Part shown: positions 52,108 through 60,762 of the stretch, one piece after another
How positions within the stretch are numbered: the first letter of the stretch is position 1
How the letters are laid out: every line of letters starts with the position of its first letter
From: Elusimicrobiota bacterium
Lineage (GTDB): Bacteria > Elusimicrobiota > Elusimicrobia > UBA1565 > JACRDR01
NCBI GenBank assembly: GCA_041694815.1
Contig: JBGFSC010000010.1
Span: 1-64,000 of the forward strand
Reading direction: 5' to 3'
Length of the DNA: 64,000 bases
Notes under the pieces: generated by a model
Told to the model about the DNA's origin: nothing
The model's database searches: none
Seen by the model: only the letters and a program-made list of their open reading frames with translations
Made by a program: the position numbers and the translations under genes

Positions 52108-53784
52108 TTAATCGTTAATGATCGTGGGCGTGATGAAGATGACGAGATCGGTGTTTTTCCGCTCGACCTGGGTGCTGGTGAAAAACCAGCCGAGTATCGG
52201 GATGTATCCCAATAAAGGCACCTTGCGTACGCTCTTGATCTCCTTCGACTGCAAGAGCCCCCCCAGCACGATGGTTTGCCCGTTCTTGAGCCGGAGCAAG
52301 GTAGAGGCCTTGCGTTCGATCGGGTCCTTGACACCCTTGATGAGGTTAGAGCCGGTCACGTCGGTAAAGGAGGGCTCCACCAGCAGCGTGACATAGCCCT
52401 CCTTGTTGACCTGCGGCGTGACGTTCAACACGAGGCCGGTCTCGATGCGCTCGACCTGTATCGTCGACACCTGGCTGGTGCCCGTCAAGCCGGTCGTCGT
52501 GACCTGCGATACGGCCTCCCGGGTAGTAATCTCGATGGTGGCGCGCTTATTGTTGAGCGTGAGCACCTTGGGCTTGCCCAGGAAACGACCCTCCCCCCTC
52601 ACGATGATCGCCCGCAATAGCACCGTGAGCTGTTCCAAGCTCAGTTTCGCCGGCGTCAGCACGCCGATGCCGCTGGTGCCCGCCGCGCTCGAGCCGCTGC
52701 CCAAGCGGTCCAACGGATGGGTATGGCCCAGATTCTTGGGAAGATTGAGCGGGAAGCTGGTGGTGCGCGCCCCGCCTGTAAATTGCGCCAGCTCGCCGGC
52801 GGATCCGCCCCATTCCACCCCCAACTGCTGCATGCGGCTGGAATCGATCTCCACGATCTGCGCTTCGATCATTACCTGAGGGACCTTTTTATCTAGCTCC
52901 GCGATGATTTGTTCGACCTGCGGGAAAACCTCGGGGATGTCGGTCACGATCAAGGCGTTGCTGCGCGGCTCCAGCGTCACCGAGCCGTGGGGAGTGAGGA
53001 TGCCGTTGAGCACGTTGAGGATGGCGATGGGGCCGTCAGTCTTGCTGGCACTCCCGTAGGTGCCGACGCCGCCCCCCTTGCCCCCGCTGATCGTTCCGCC
53101 CGGGATCTGCCCGCCGGACAAGGCGCTTCCCGGCATGGCGAAGCCTCCCATGCCGCCCATGCCCATTCCCATCCCCATCCCCATGCCCATGCCTGCCTCC
53201 GGACCGGCCGTTTCCAGAGGGACCAGCGGGATGTAGTTGAGCGTATAAATCCGCGTAATGCGGTTGGGACCCTTTTCCGAGCTTTTGCGGATCACGAAGG
53301 TATTGCTGCGGCCCAGCTGATGGTAGGTCATGCCCTTGACCTCCAAGAGGATCTGCAGCGCTTCCCGCACGGTCACGTTTTGCAAGGAAGCCGTGACCTT
53401 CACCGCCGAGAGGCCCTCGGTGATGATGAAATTGAGCTTCGACTGCGCGGCGATCGAATCCAGGAATACGGCCAAGGGCGTCTCGCGGACGCGGACCGTC
53501 ACGCGCGTCTCAAGGGGCGGGGTGGGCGGCGCCGCGGGCGCTTCCGCCGGGGCGATCTGCACTCCTTGCGCCCGCTGGATCGAGGGAGCCGAAGGAACGT
53601 CCAAGGGGCGCCCTGCCGGGGCCTCACCCTGCACTTGGGACTGGAACTCCGGATTGGGTTCCGGCTCGGCTCGCTGCCTCTGGGCCCACGCGGTCGAAAG
53701 AGGAGTCCCCAACACGTGGAGGGCCCAAAGCGCGGCCGCCGGCAGGGCCGCCTTGCGAATCTTGTAACACTTGGATGTCTTCAT
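52108..53784 (-). CDS. pilQ: Type IV pilus secretin
   Basis: STN-like domain, SNALIVTD, QVMIEAQIVE, NVTPQV, VPLLGYIPILGWFF, IFITPTI. Confidence 0.92.
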   Translation of the reverse strand: MKTSKCYKIRKAALPAAALWALHVLGTPLSTAWAQRQRAEPEPNPEFQSQVQGEAPAGRPLDVPSAPSIQRAQGVQIAPAEAPAAPPTPPLETRVTVRVRETPLAVFLDSIAAQSKLNFIITEGLSAVKVTASLQNVTVREALQILLEVKGMTYHQLGRSNTFVIRKSSEKGPNRITRIYTLNYIPLVPLETAGPEAGMGMGMGMGMGMGGMGGFAMPGSALSGGQIPGGTISGGKGGGVGTYGSASKTDGPIAILNVLNGILTPHGSVTLEPRSNALIVTDIPEVFPQVEQIIAELDKKVPQVMIEAQIVEIDSSRMQQLGVEWGGSAGELAQFTGGARTTSFPLNLPKNLGHTHPLDRLGSGSSAAGTSGIGVLTPAKLSLEQLTVLLRAIIVRGEGRFLGKPKVLTLNNKRATIEITTREAVSQVTTTGLTGTSQVSTIQVERIETGLVLNVTPQVNKEGYVTLLVEPSFTDVTGSNLIKGVKDPIERKASTLLRLKNGQTIVLGGLLQSKEIKSVRKVPLLGYIPILGWFFTSTQVERKNTDLVIFITPTIIND

Positions 53785-53800
53785 CGCGCTCCTCCGAGAT

Positions 53801-54388
53801 TCATTTCAATCGCTTGGCGAAGGTCTTACCCTTAAATTTGAAAATCACCGTATTCTGCAGTATCTTCTCGACCCTCACCCCGTTGCTAAGGCTCTGCCCC
53901 TCCCTCAACACCTGGTCATTGACGATGGCCAGCCGGGCGCTTTGGGTCAGCGTGATCCCCTGGAGCCTAACCTTTTTCTCTATGGCCGGAGCCTGGACCT
54001 CGCCCGCCAGGCCGAGCTTGCTCCTCAATTCATTGGTGCGCGCGAGTTTGGATTCCTGCGGGGAAAGGGTGGGGTCGCGGCGAAACGGCGGGGCCTTCGC
54101 CGCTTCCGGGGGCGGCGGTGCCGGAGGAGCGGAGACTGCCGGTGCCCTCGGCGCCTCCTCCTGCCGGGCCAAGGCAACCGTCGAAGAGACTGTCAGTACG
54201 GGCGCGGACATGGGGTTGGGCAGTTTCGCCGCCATGGCCACTTCGCCGAACACGGGTCCGCCGGATGGTTTTCGCGCCGCCTCCTTGGGGCGGGAGTCCA
54301 ACGCGTTCCACCAATTCCAAAACATCACGGCCGGAACGAGTAAGGCGAGGGCCAGCAAAAGCCATCCCATCTTGCCCTTGGGATTCAT
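53801..54388 (-). CDS. PilP/GspB-like pilus accessory protein
   Basis: N-terminal TM, Pro-rich linker, RDP, C-terminal LQGI...AIVNDQVLREG; between pilO and pilQ. Confidence 0.65.
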   Translation of the reverse strand: MNPKGKMGWLLLALALLVPAVMFWNWWNALDSRPKEAARKPSGGPVFGEVAMAAKLPNPMSAPVLTVSSTVALARQEEAPRAPAVSAPPAPPPPEAAKAPPFRRDPTLSPQESKLARTNELRSKLGLAGEVQAPAIEKKVRLQGITLTQSARLAIVNDQVLREGQSLSNGVRVEKILQNTVIFKFKGKTFAKRLK

Positions 54389-54975
54389 CGCGCCGCTCCC
54401 TCTTTCGGTACCGCCGAGGCGACACTGATCGTCACCTCGTTGATTCCCGACTCGCGCTCGTCCTTGCGCAAGTTGAGCTTCGAGACATGCAGGAGCTTGG
54501 GCGAGTTCTCCATACGGGAGATCCACGAGGAGAGCTGGGGATAGCCGACCCGGCAGGTCACCGTCAAAGTCATGATGCGGAACTGGTTCCATTCCAAACG
54601 CGCGATTGGGGAAAGGGACGTGGACAATATGCCCTCTTCCTTCATCGAATCCCGCACGGCCGCCAATAGCCAATTTTCGGGATTCTCCGCGGGCGGAAGG
54701 CTCTCCGAAAAATTCTTGAGGCGTGCCTCGAGCTCCCGGTATCCGTCCACGTAACGAGAGGCGCCCCGGACGGACTCGAGGCTGCCGCGCACCCGCGCCA
54801 GTTCCGAACTCCCGCGGACATAAGCCAACTGATGGCTTGCCAGGAGAATCGCACCTGAGAGGGCCAGGGCGCGGGCGTAGCGCCGCAGGCCTCTCTCGCG
54901 AAGGGCGCTGACAATAATCTCGGCGTCCGACAACGCCGCCGCGATGGCCTCCTGCAATTTCTGTTTATCCCGCAT
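54385..54975 (-). CDS. pilO: PilO-like protein
   Basis: TM, coiled coil, LP..., YPQLSSWISRMENSPKLLHV. Confidence 0.75.
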   Translation of the reverse strand: MRDKQKLQEAIAAALSDAEIIVSALRERGLRRYARALALSGAILLASHQLAYVRGSSELARVRGSLESVRGASRYVDGYRELEARLKNFSESLPPAENPENWLLAAVRDSMKEEGILSTSLSPIARLEWNQFRIMTLTVTCRVGYPQLSSWISRMENSPKLLHVSKLNLRKDERESGINEVTISVASAVPKEGAAR

Positions 54976-56560
54976 TTTTTCTCCCAGCGCTGCATTGGAT
55001 CGTAAAGCGAGTGCGGGACTTTTCTTTGCCAGCCTCGGAACCCGAGACCGCAGCCTCCACGGACTTAAACACCGCTCGGAAACGCTCGTCGCCGTAGAGG
55101 GTGTCGCGAAATCTATAGGCGATGTCCTGTTCGCTAATCTTATTGTCCGCCCATACGTTGCCCGAGAGGGTCAACAGATGCTTGGCCCCGGCGCCATCCG
55201 TCAGCGCCTCTTCCAATGGGTGCGTGTATTCAATCTGGGTCAACCAGGCCTCGCGGGGGATATCCTCAGACAACTGCTCGAGGAGACCGCTAACCCTGCT
55301 TTTTCTATCGGCCAAATACCGAACCGAATCCGCGCGCCTTTGCAGCTCGTTGACCATTTGCTCGATCGCCTCGAGCTTCTTGCCCTTGAAAGCCTCGGGC
55401 ATATTACCGCGCGTCAAGCGGCGCAGCTCCTGAGACTGGGCCCGCGCCCATGCCAGGCGGCCCATCCCCAAGCAAAACAGCAATGCGGCTACCGCCGCCG
55501 ACGAGGCGATGACCGTCCGGACCACCTTCCTGTCGATCGCATCTATTTTTCCTTCAGTGGCCAGATCGAGGAGCACGGCGTTGGGTTTGAGAGCGCGCAG
55601 GGCGGCCCCGAGGGCCGCGTACCCCCCCCATTCGCCGGCTTTAAGCCCCAAGGCCTTCGCCGGGTCCTGGAGCGAAACGGGCGAGCCGGCCTCCTGCGCG
55701 AAGGCCTCGCGCCAGAGGTGGAGCTCGGGGTTGGAGCCGCTCACGCGTATCTCGGGAGGCTTTTGAACCCCTAATTGCTTTTGGGCGAACTCCAGGCAGC
55801 CCGCCAAGTCGAGCTTGCGCCGATCGGCCACCTTGGCGTCCGGGCCAAGCAGAACTTCGCGCACGAAGACGGGGATCCCCTTCTCGGAGATCAGCACGTG
55901 GACGTTGTCGCTGTCAAAGTGGACCTGCGCGTACGGAATGGGGCGGCTGCCGCCCAGCTCGTCCCAGAGGCGGCCCACGGAACACGGGGACAGTTCCAAA
56001 CCGGCGAGCTTAAGACCCAGCTTGGATATCAGCGCGCGCACATTCTCCAGGTTCTTATTTTGGGTGACACCGTAGAGCGCGCCCTGTCGGGGGCGCAGGT
56101 CCGGTCCAGGCTCCAGGGACCGGATTTGGAAATCGCTGGCCAGGTCGTCGAATTGTACCGGGACGTATTTTTTGGCCTCGGCCGGAACGGCCGTCTGCCA
56201 ATATTTAGCATCGATCTTGGGCATCATAAAGTAACGCAGCAGCCCGAAGTGATGCGACAGCGTGACCACCGCATGGCTCGAGCTCCATTTGCCCTGGGCC
56301 ATGGCCTGCCTGATGAGGGCCGAGAGCCGTTCGGTATCCGCCAAGATATCCGTGCTCAAGACGCCAGTCATGCGCGTCTCGTTAGCCGCGTTCGAAGGAA
56401 CGGCCAGGCGCACCAGATGCTCGACGACAGGCTTACCTCCCTTAAGTCGCAGCTCCGCGACGAATACCGCCTTGGAGCTCAGATAGATCCCGACGCAGGA
56501 GTCCAGTTTCGGGAGCGATCTCCCGAAGGCCAATTGGTCCACCAATTCGCTAAATCCCAT
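54965..56560 (-). CDS. PilM-PilN fusion protein
   Basis: Actin-like PilM part (VGIY, EAKKYVP, ALGAALR), TM, then PilN part (LSEDIPREAWLT, LTLSG). Confidence 0.75.
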   Translation of the reverse strand: MGFSELVDQLAFGRSLPKLDSCVGIYLSSKAVFVAELRLKGGKPVVEHLVRLAVPSNAANETRMTGVLSTDILADTERLSALIRQAMAQGKWSSSHAVVTLSHHFGLLRYFMMPKIDAKYWQTAVPAEAKKYVPVQFDDLASDFQIRSLEPGPDLRPRQGALYGVTQNKNLENVRALISKLGLKLAGLELSPCSVGRLWDELGGSRPIPYAQVHFDSDNVHVLISEKGIPVFVREVLLGPDAKVADRRKLDLAGCLEFAQKQLGVQKPPEIRVSGSNPELHLWREAFAQEAGSPVSLQDPAKALGLKAGEWGGYAALGAALRALKPNAVLLDLATEGKIDAIDRKVVRTVIASSAAVAALLFCLGMGRLAWARAQSQELRRLTRGNMPEAFKGKKLEAIEQMVNELQRRADSVRYLADRKSRVSGLLEQLSEDIPREAWLTQIEYTHPLEEALTDGAGAKHLLTLSGNVWADNKISEQDIAYRFRDTLYGDERFRAVFKSVEAAVSGSEAGKEKSRTRFTIQCSAGRKNAG

Positions 56561-56561
56561 C

Positions 56562-58307
56562 CTATTCCCTCGCCGCGACAATGAAGACCTGCACCTCGTA
56601 ATTCTCCCCTTCCGCCACCTTGGACTGTATCTCGATGCGCTTGGGGTCGACCCCGTACTTATTCACCAGCAGTGCGGAGACCATCTCAGCCCGGTTGCGG
56701 GCCAACTCCGAGGCCCCAGTCTCGCTCGAACCAGCGTAACCGACCAGTTCGAGGCCCTCGCGGGGATAACGCTCTAAGACCTCCGCTAGGCGGGTCACGG
56801 TCTGGTCTCCTTCCGCCGACATCTGCTGCGTCCCCTTGGCGAAAGCGATCTTATAGCTCACTGTGCCAATGGTCGCGGCCGCGGGAGCGGCCGGGGTGCT
56901 GTCACTGCTTCCGGCGACCGCCGCCGTGGGCGCCGCCCTGGGCAATACGGTCTTGACGAAACCGGGCCGGGGCTTGGTCGCTATATTTTTGGCCTTCCTC
57001 TGACCGCGGACTGCCGGCAGATTGATCTGCGCATCGTAGAGGCGTCGCGGGGCAGCTTTAACCGCGGGGGGTGGCTTGGCGGGCTGCGTCGACACCGAGA
57101 CCACCGACGCCCCCTCCAAGCTGATCCAGCGATGGAGCGTCCGGGTGCGGTTACGGGCATCCGTGGCGCTCAATACGGCTTCATAGCGCCCAGGCGCCAA
57201 GTCTTGCCCGAAATAGCTCTTCTTGCCGTTCCAAAAGATTTGGTGGAAGACCGGAGCGGTCCCCACCACCTCCTGTAGAGGCCTCAGGCCCCCGGCGGCG
57301 CCCGCGCTTTGCCGGAGCTGGAATTTCCATGACATCAAGCCCGCGGGAGGTTCCTGGATGGAAAATTCGATGATCGCCCCTTCCCCACGATCCCCCCGAA
57401 ACCTTTCCGGCCAGACCCCCAACGAAATAGGAGGGCCCGATTCGTCAAAGGTGACCGCATCCGTGCTGAGAGTCAACGGTTGATTATAGGTAAAAAGGAC
57501 AATGATGCCGCGAAAATCGGCCAGGGCCTTGGGCAGATCGACCTGGGAGAGAAGGAGGTTCACACGCACCCTGGCCGGGGAAATCCCCGAAACGGTCAGG
57601 TGGGAGCTGATGCCCATCGTGCGGCGCATGTCGAGGATCTTCGTTTCCCCGGTGGAAAGTCCCTCGGGAAGGATTGAGACCTGCGTTCCTCCCAGATTGT
57701 AGACCAGGCCGGTTAGGCTCTTGAGCATCGCTAGCGCCGTTTTCTTGAAACGGATGTCCTTGTCGAAGAAAAGGGAGGTAGGGATCCCCAGAGCCCGCGG
57801 GTTTTGCGAGTCCGCCATAACAATGCGGATTTCGGGATGATTCTCCAGCTCAGCCAAGAATCTTCGGACCTGCTCGCGGATCTTCAGCTCGATCTCCCTC
57901 TTCATCACCTCCCGCCGGTCCTGCGACGGCTCCAGGCGCGCCTTGGGCGGGGCCGGCCGCGCTACGGTCGGAGGCGCCAGGGGTTTTTGGCCGACGATCG
58001 GCGGGTGTATGCTCGCGCCGGAGTACATGCGCTGGGTGATAAGGTTCAAGTAATCGTTGGCCATGGCGCGTTCGGACGGTTCGCCGCTGGAAAGCACTTC
58101 CATGAAATGATCCATCGCCTCCGAGTCCTTGCCCTGGTCATAGGCCCTTATGCCCGCCTGCATCGTCTTGCTCAGGCCCGCCCCGACGTATTCCTCGCCC
58201 GGGCTGGGCGGATTCGCTCCCGCTCCCGATAGGGCGAGCGCTAAGACCGCGCAGAATGCCGCCGTCGGGCGCCGCAGACGCCCGCCGGAGGCGAAAAAGG
58301 CGTTCAC
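56562..58307 (-). CDS. Multi-domain OmpA-family periplasmic protein
   Basis: Signal peptide, TPR-like helix pair, degenerate OmpA-like domain, FlgD-Ig-like domain (WNG...PGRY), C-terminal OmpA domain (LVGYA...LARNRAEMV). Confidence 0.75.
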   Translation of the reverse strand: MNAFFASGGRLRRPTAAFCAVLALALSGAGANPPSPGEEYVGAGLSKTMQAGIRAYDQGKDSEAMDHFMEVLSSGEPSERAMANDYLNLITQRMYSGASIHPPIVGQKPLAPPTVARPAPPKARLEPSQDRREVMKREIELKIREQVRRFLAELENHPEIRIVMADSQNPRALGIPTSLFFDKDIRFKKTALAMLKSLTGLVYNLGGTQVSILPEGLSTGETKILDMRRTMGISSHLTVSGISPARVRVNLLLSQVDLPKALADFRGIIVLFTYNQPLTLSTDAVTFDESGPPISLGVWPERFRGDRGEGAIIEFSIQEPPAGLMSWKFQLRQSAGAAGGLRPLQEVVGTAPVFHQIFWNGKKSYFGQDLAPGRYEAVLSATDARNRTRTLHRWISLEGASVVSVSTQPAKPPPAVKAAPRRLYDAQINLPAVRGQRKAKNIATKPRPGFVKTVLPRAAPTAAVAGSSDSTPAAPAAATIGTVSYKIAFAKGTQQMSAEGDQTVTRLAEVLERYPREGLELVGYAGSSETGASELARNRAEMVSALLVNKYGVDPKRIEIQSKVAEGENYEVQVFIVAARE

Positions 58308-58378
58308 CGCCTTACTTTAACCCCTAAAGGGTTAATGGGTTATTTCGGGGCTGTTAAAAAGTTATTAACAAACCGGCC

Positions 58379-58837
58379 TTATTGCCTGAGTGCGGAACAA
58401 GGGTCCGAGGGATCGCCGCAATTGCCGCCACTGAAGACGAAGGAGTCCTGGCAGCGGTCGTAGGTCAGGCGGTAGAGCCCGAAGGTGTCGGAGACGCCCG
58501 CGTTGGTCGTGCGGCGGTCCATGATGATCGTATAGCAGGTATTGTTGCCGCCCAAGCTCGGGGTGTAGTTCCTCAAGCCGTAATTGGTCCCGTTGAAGAT
58601 GATGTCCAACTGCGGTAGGTTGCTGATGTTGGAGATATAGGCGCCGTTGCGGGCCATGTGCCGCTCTTGCGCGGAGCGCACGGCACTGATGAAGTCATAG
58701 GCTTCGCTGACGCGCGAGCGCTCGACCACCTTAAAGTATTGCGGGATGGCGACCGAAGCCAGGATGCCTATGATGAGCACCACCACCAGCAGCTCGATGA
58801 GCGTAAATCCTTGCGAACGTCTGTTCTTGCGGGTCAT
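58379..58837 (-). CDS. Type IV pilin (probable major pilin)
   Basis: SQG|FTLIELLVVVLIIGILASVAIPQY; strong GAGGAGG RBS. Confidence 0.9.
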   Translation of the reverse strand: MTRKNRRSQGFTLIELLVVVLIIGILASVAIPQYFKVVERSRVSEAYDFISAVRSAQERHMARNGAYISNISNLPQLDIIFNGTNYGLRNYTPSLGGNNTCYTIIMDRRTTNAGVSDTFGLYRLTYDRCQDSFVFSGGNCGDPSDPCSALRQ

Positions 58838-58848
58838 CGTTGCCCTCC

Positions 58849-60066
58849 TCAATGTGTCCCGATCTGCGACAGTTGGAATATCGGCTGGAAAATCGACATC
58901 ACGATCACCCCGACGATCGCGCCGATGAAGACCACCATGATCGGGTCGATCATGCTGGTGAAACGCCGGACGAACTGGTCGACCTGCTCCCGGTAAAAAG
59001 CCGAGAGGGTGCCCAAGATGTCCGGCAACTTGCCCGACTCCTCTCCCATCCACATCATTTCCGTGATCAGCCCCGGGAAAACACCGGACTTCTTGAAGGA
59101 AACCGCGATGGCCTTGCCGCTGGCCACATCGTTACGTACCCCCTTGAGCGCCTGCTGGAAGATGAGGTTATCCGCGAATACTCCCTCCAAGACAGAGATG
59201 GCGTTGAGTATGCTGACACCGCTTTCCACCAACGTCGACAAGGTCGACAGCAGACGCTCCAAGAGTATATTCTTTATGAAATTGCCGAAGAAGGGCAGGC
59301 CGAACAGGAATTCCGCCTTCGAGCGCTGGCCTGATTGGGTCATCAGGTATCCCTTGATTACGAAGCAGACGGCTAAAACCCCCAAAAGGATGCTAGGAAG
59401 GTTATAGACCAGGCTCGTCGAGATGAAGATGATGGTCTGGGTCAAAACGGGCAGTTTGAGATTGAAGCTTTTGAAAATCTCGGCGAAGGTCGGCACGATC
59501 TTGAGGATGAAAAAGGTCAGCACGCCGACCGAGATGGTGCCCAGGACGGCGGGATAGGCGAGCGCCGTGACGATCTTGGCCTTCATCTCCTCCTGGGACT
59601 GGATGTAGCGCGAGAGCTGTTTAAGCGTCTTCGGCAGTTGCCCGCCCATCTCCCCCGCTTGGACCAGGGAGATCCATAGCGAGTCGAAGATGTGCGGATG
59701 CCGCTCGAGCGCCTTATAGAGCGCCGAGCCGCTGGCCACCTCCTTGGTCACGGCGACGATCGCTTCCCGCAGCACGGGGCTTTCGGAGTGCTCGCCCAAT
59801 AAGGATAGGGTTCGGACCAGAGGCACTCCGCCGTTTAACAGGGTGGCCAACTGCTCGGCGAAAAAGGCAAGGTCGCGCCCGCCGACGCCGGAACGCTTCA
59901 AGAGAAGCTGACTGAGGCCTTTGGCACCGGTGTCCGATCGCAAGGAAAGGATGAAAAATCCTTTGGATTGCAGGGAGGTGATGGCGGAATTCTCGTCGGC
60001 CGCGTCCAGGACTCCGGAGGTAGTGTCGCCCCGGCTATCCTGGACGGTATAGGCGAATTTGCCCAT
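58849..60066 (-). CDS. pilC: Type IV pilus platform protein
   Basis: QLATLLNGGVPL, AGEMGG, ALAYP, GEESGKL, PIFQL. Confidence 0.95.
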   Translation of the reverse strand: MGKFAYTVQDSRGDTTSGVLDAADENSAITSLQSKGFFILSLRSDTGAKGLSQLLLKRSGVGGRDLAFFAEQLATLLNGGVPLVRTLSLLGEHSESPVLREAIVAVTKEVASGSALYKALERHPHIFDSLWISLVQAGEMGGQLPKTLKQLSRYIQSQEEMKAKIVTALAYPAVLGTISVGVLTFFILKIVPTFAEIFKSFNLKLPVLTQTIIFISTSLVYNLPSILLGVLAVCFVIKGYLMTQSGQRSKAEFLFGLPFFGNFIKNILLERLLSTLSTLVESGVSILNAISVLEGVFADNLIFQQALKGVRNDVASGKAIAVSFKKSGVFPGLITEMMWMGEESGKLPDILGTLSAFYREQVDQFVRRFTSMIDPIMVVFIGAIVGVIVMSIFQPIFQLSQIGTH

Positions 60067-60080
60067 CGTTTTTTAGTGTA

Positions 60081-60704
60081 TCAGGAGCCTCCGACACTGT
60101 CAAGGCGGGTAATTTTCGCCTGGAGTTTGAGGAAGCGACGCCGCAAATCCTCGTTTTCAACTTTAAGCTCCTTGATCGCCTCGATTAATAAAGCCTCCAC
60201 CCCCTCCTTATGGAGCCACCGATAGCCCTCGGTATCCGTCTTGACCCATGCAGGTATAACACCCTCGACCTGTTGCGCCAATAGGCCCATGTGCTCACCC
60301 TCAAGTCCCTTCATCGGCTTGCGCCATTCAAATTTCACGCCATTAAGCCGAACCACCGTATTGAGGGCGGAGGAAAGTGGCCGAATATTCTTTTTGAGCC
60401 GCTCATCGGAAAGGTTTCCCCAAACCCCCGTACTATTGCCTGCTGTTCCCATGACGTGCAATTGCGCGCCTGGATTAGTGGTTCCAATGCCAACACTTCC
60501 GCCATCACGCACCAGAATCGTATTCGCGTTGCCCCGTCCAACCGTCACGATCTGGTTGTATACCCCGCTCGGCGCCGGATAGCTCGTGACCAGCGTTAGG
60601 TTCTCGGAGCCGAGCCCCAAAGGAACGAGCATTACGGCCGTCGCGAGCAGGACGCGCGCAGCACCGGTGTCGAAACGAATCGAGAAGCGTATCTCATGTA
60701 CCAT
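60081..60704 (-). CDS. Exported tail-fibre-like protein with peptidase S74 chaperone domain
   Basis: Hydrophobic leader, ENLTLVTSYPAP, VGIGTTNP, SDERLKKNI...GLLAQQV...LIEAIKEL coiled coil. Confidence 0.88.
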   Translation of the reverse strand: MVHEIRFSIRFDTGAARVLLATAVMLVPLGLGSENLTLVTSYPAPSGVYNQIVTVGRGNANTILVRDGGSVGIGTTNPGAQLHVMGTAGNSTGVWGNLSDERLKKNIRPLSSALNTVVRLNGVKFEWRKPMKGLEGEHMGLLAQQVEGVIPAWVKTDTEGYRWLHKEGVEALLIEAIKELKVENEDLRRRFLKLQAKITRLDSVGGS

Positions 60705-60756
60705 ATTCCCTCCCAGGAAAGTTGAGAAAGTGTAGAAAGTGGATACCTGGCACCGT
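60577..60756. repeat. Direct repeat copy 1 (leader plus N-terminus of fibre gene)
   Basis: Matches 61247-61426 with 7 mismatches in 180 bp by manual alignment; period 670 bp. Confidence 0.95.
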
Positions 60757-60762
60757 TAGGCG

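Noticed and set aside
60748..60762. TGGCAC sigma54 -24-like box in the repeat
   Set aside because: No TTGC at -12 in either copy, and it faces away from the genes.
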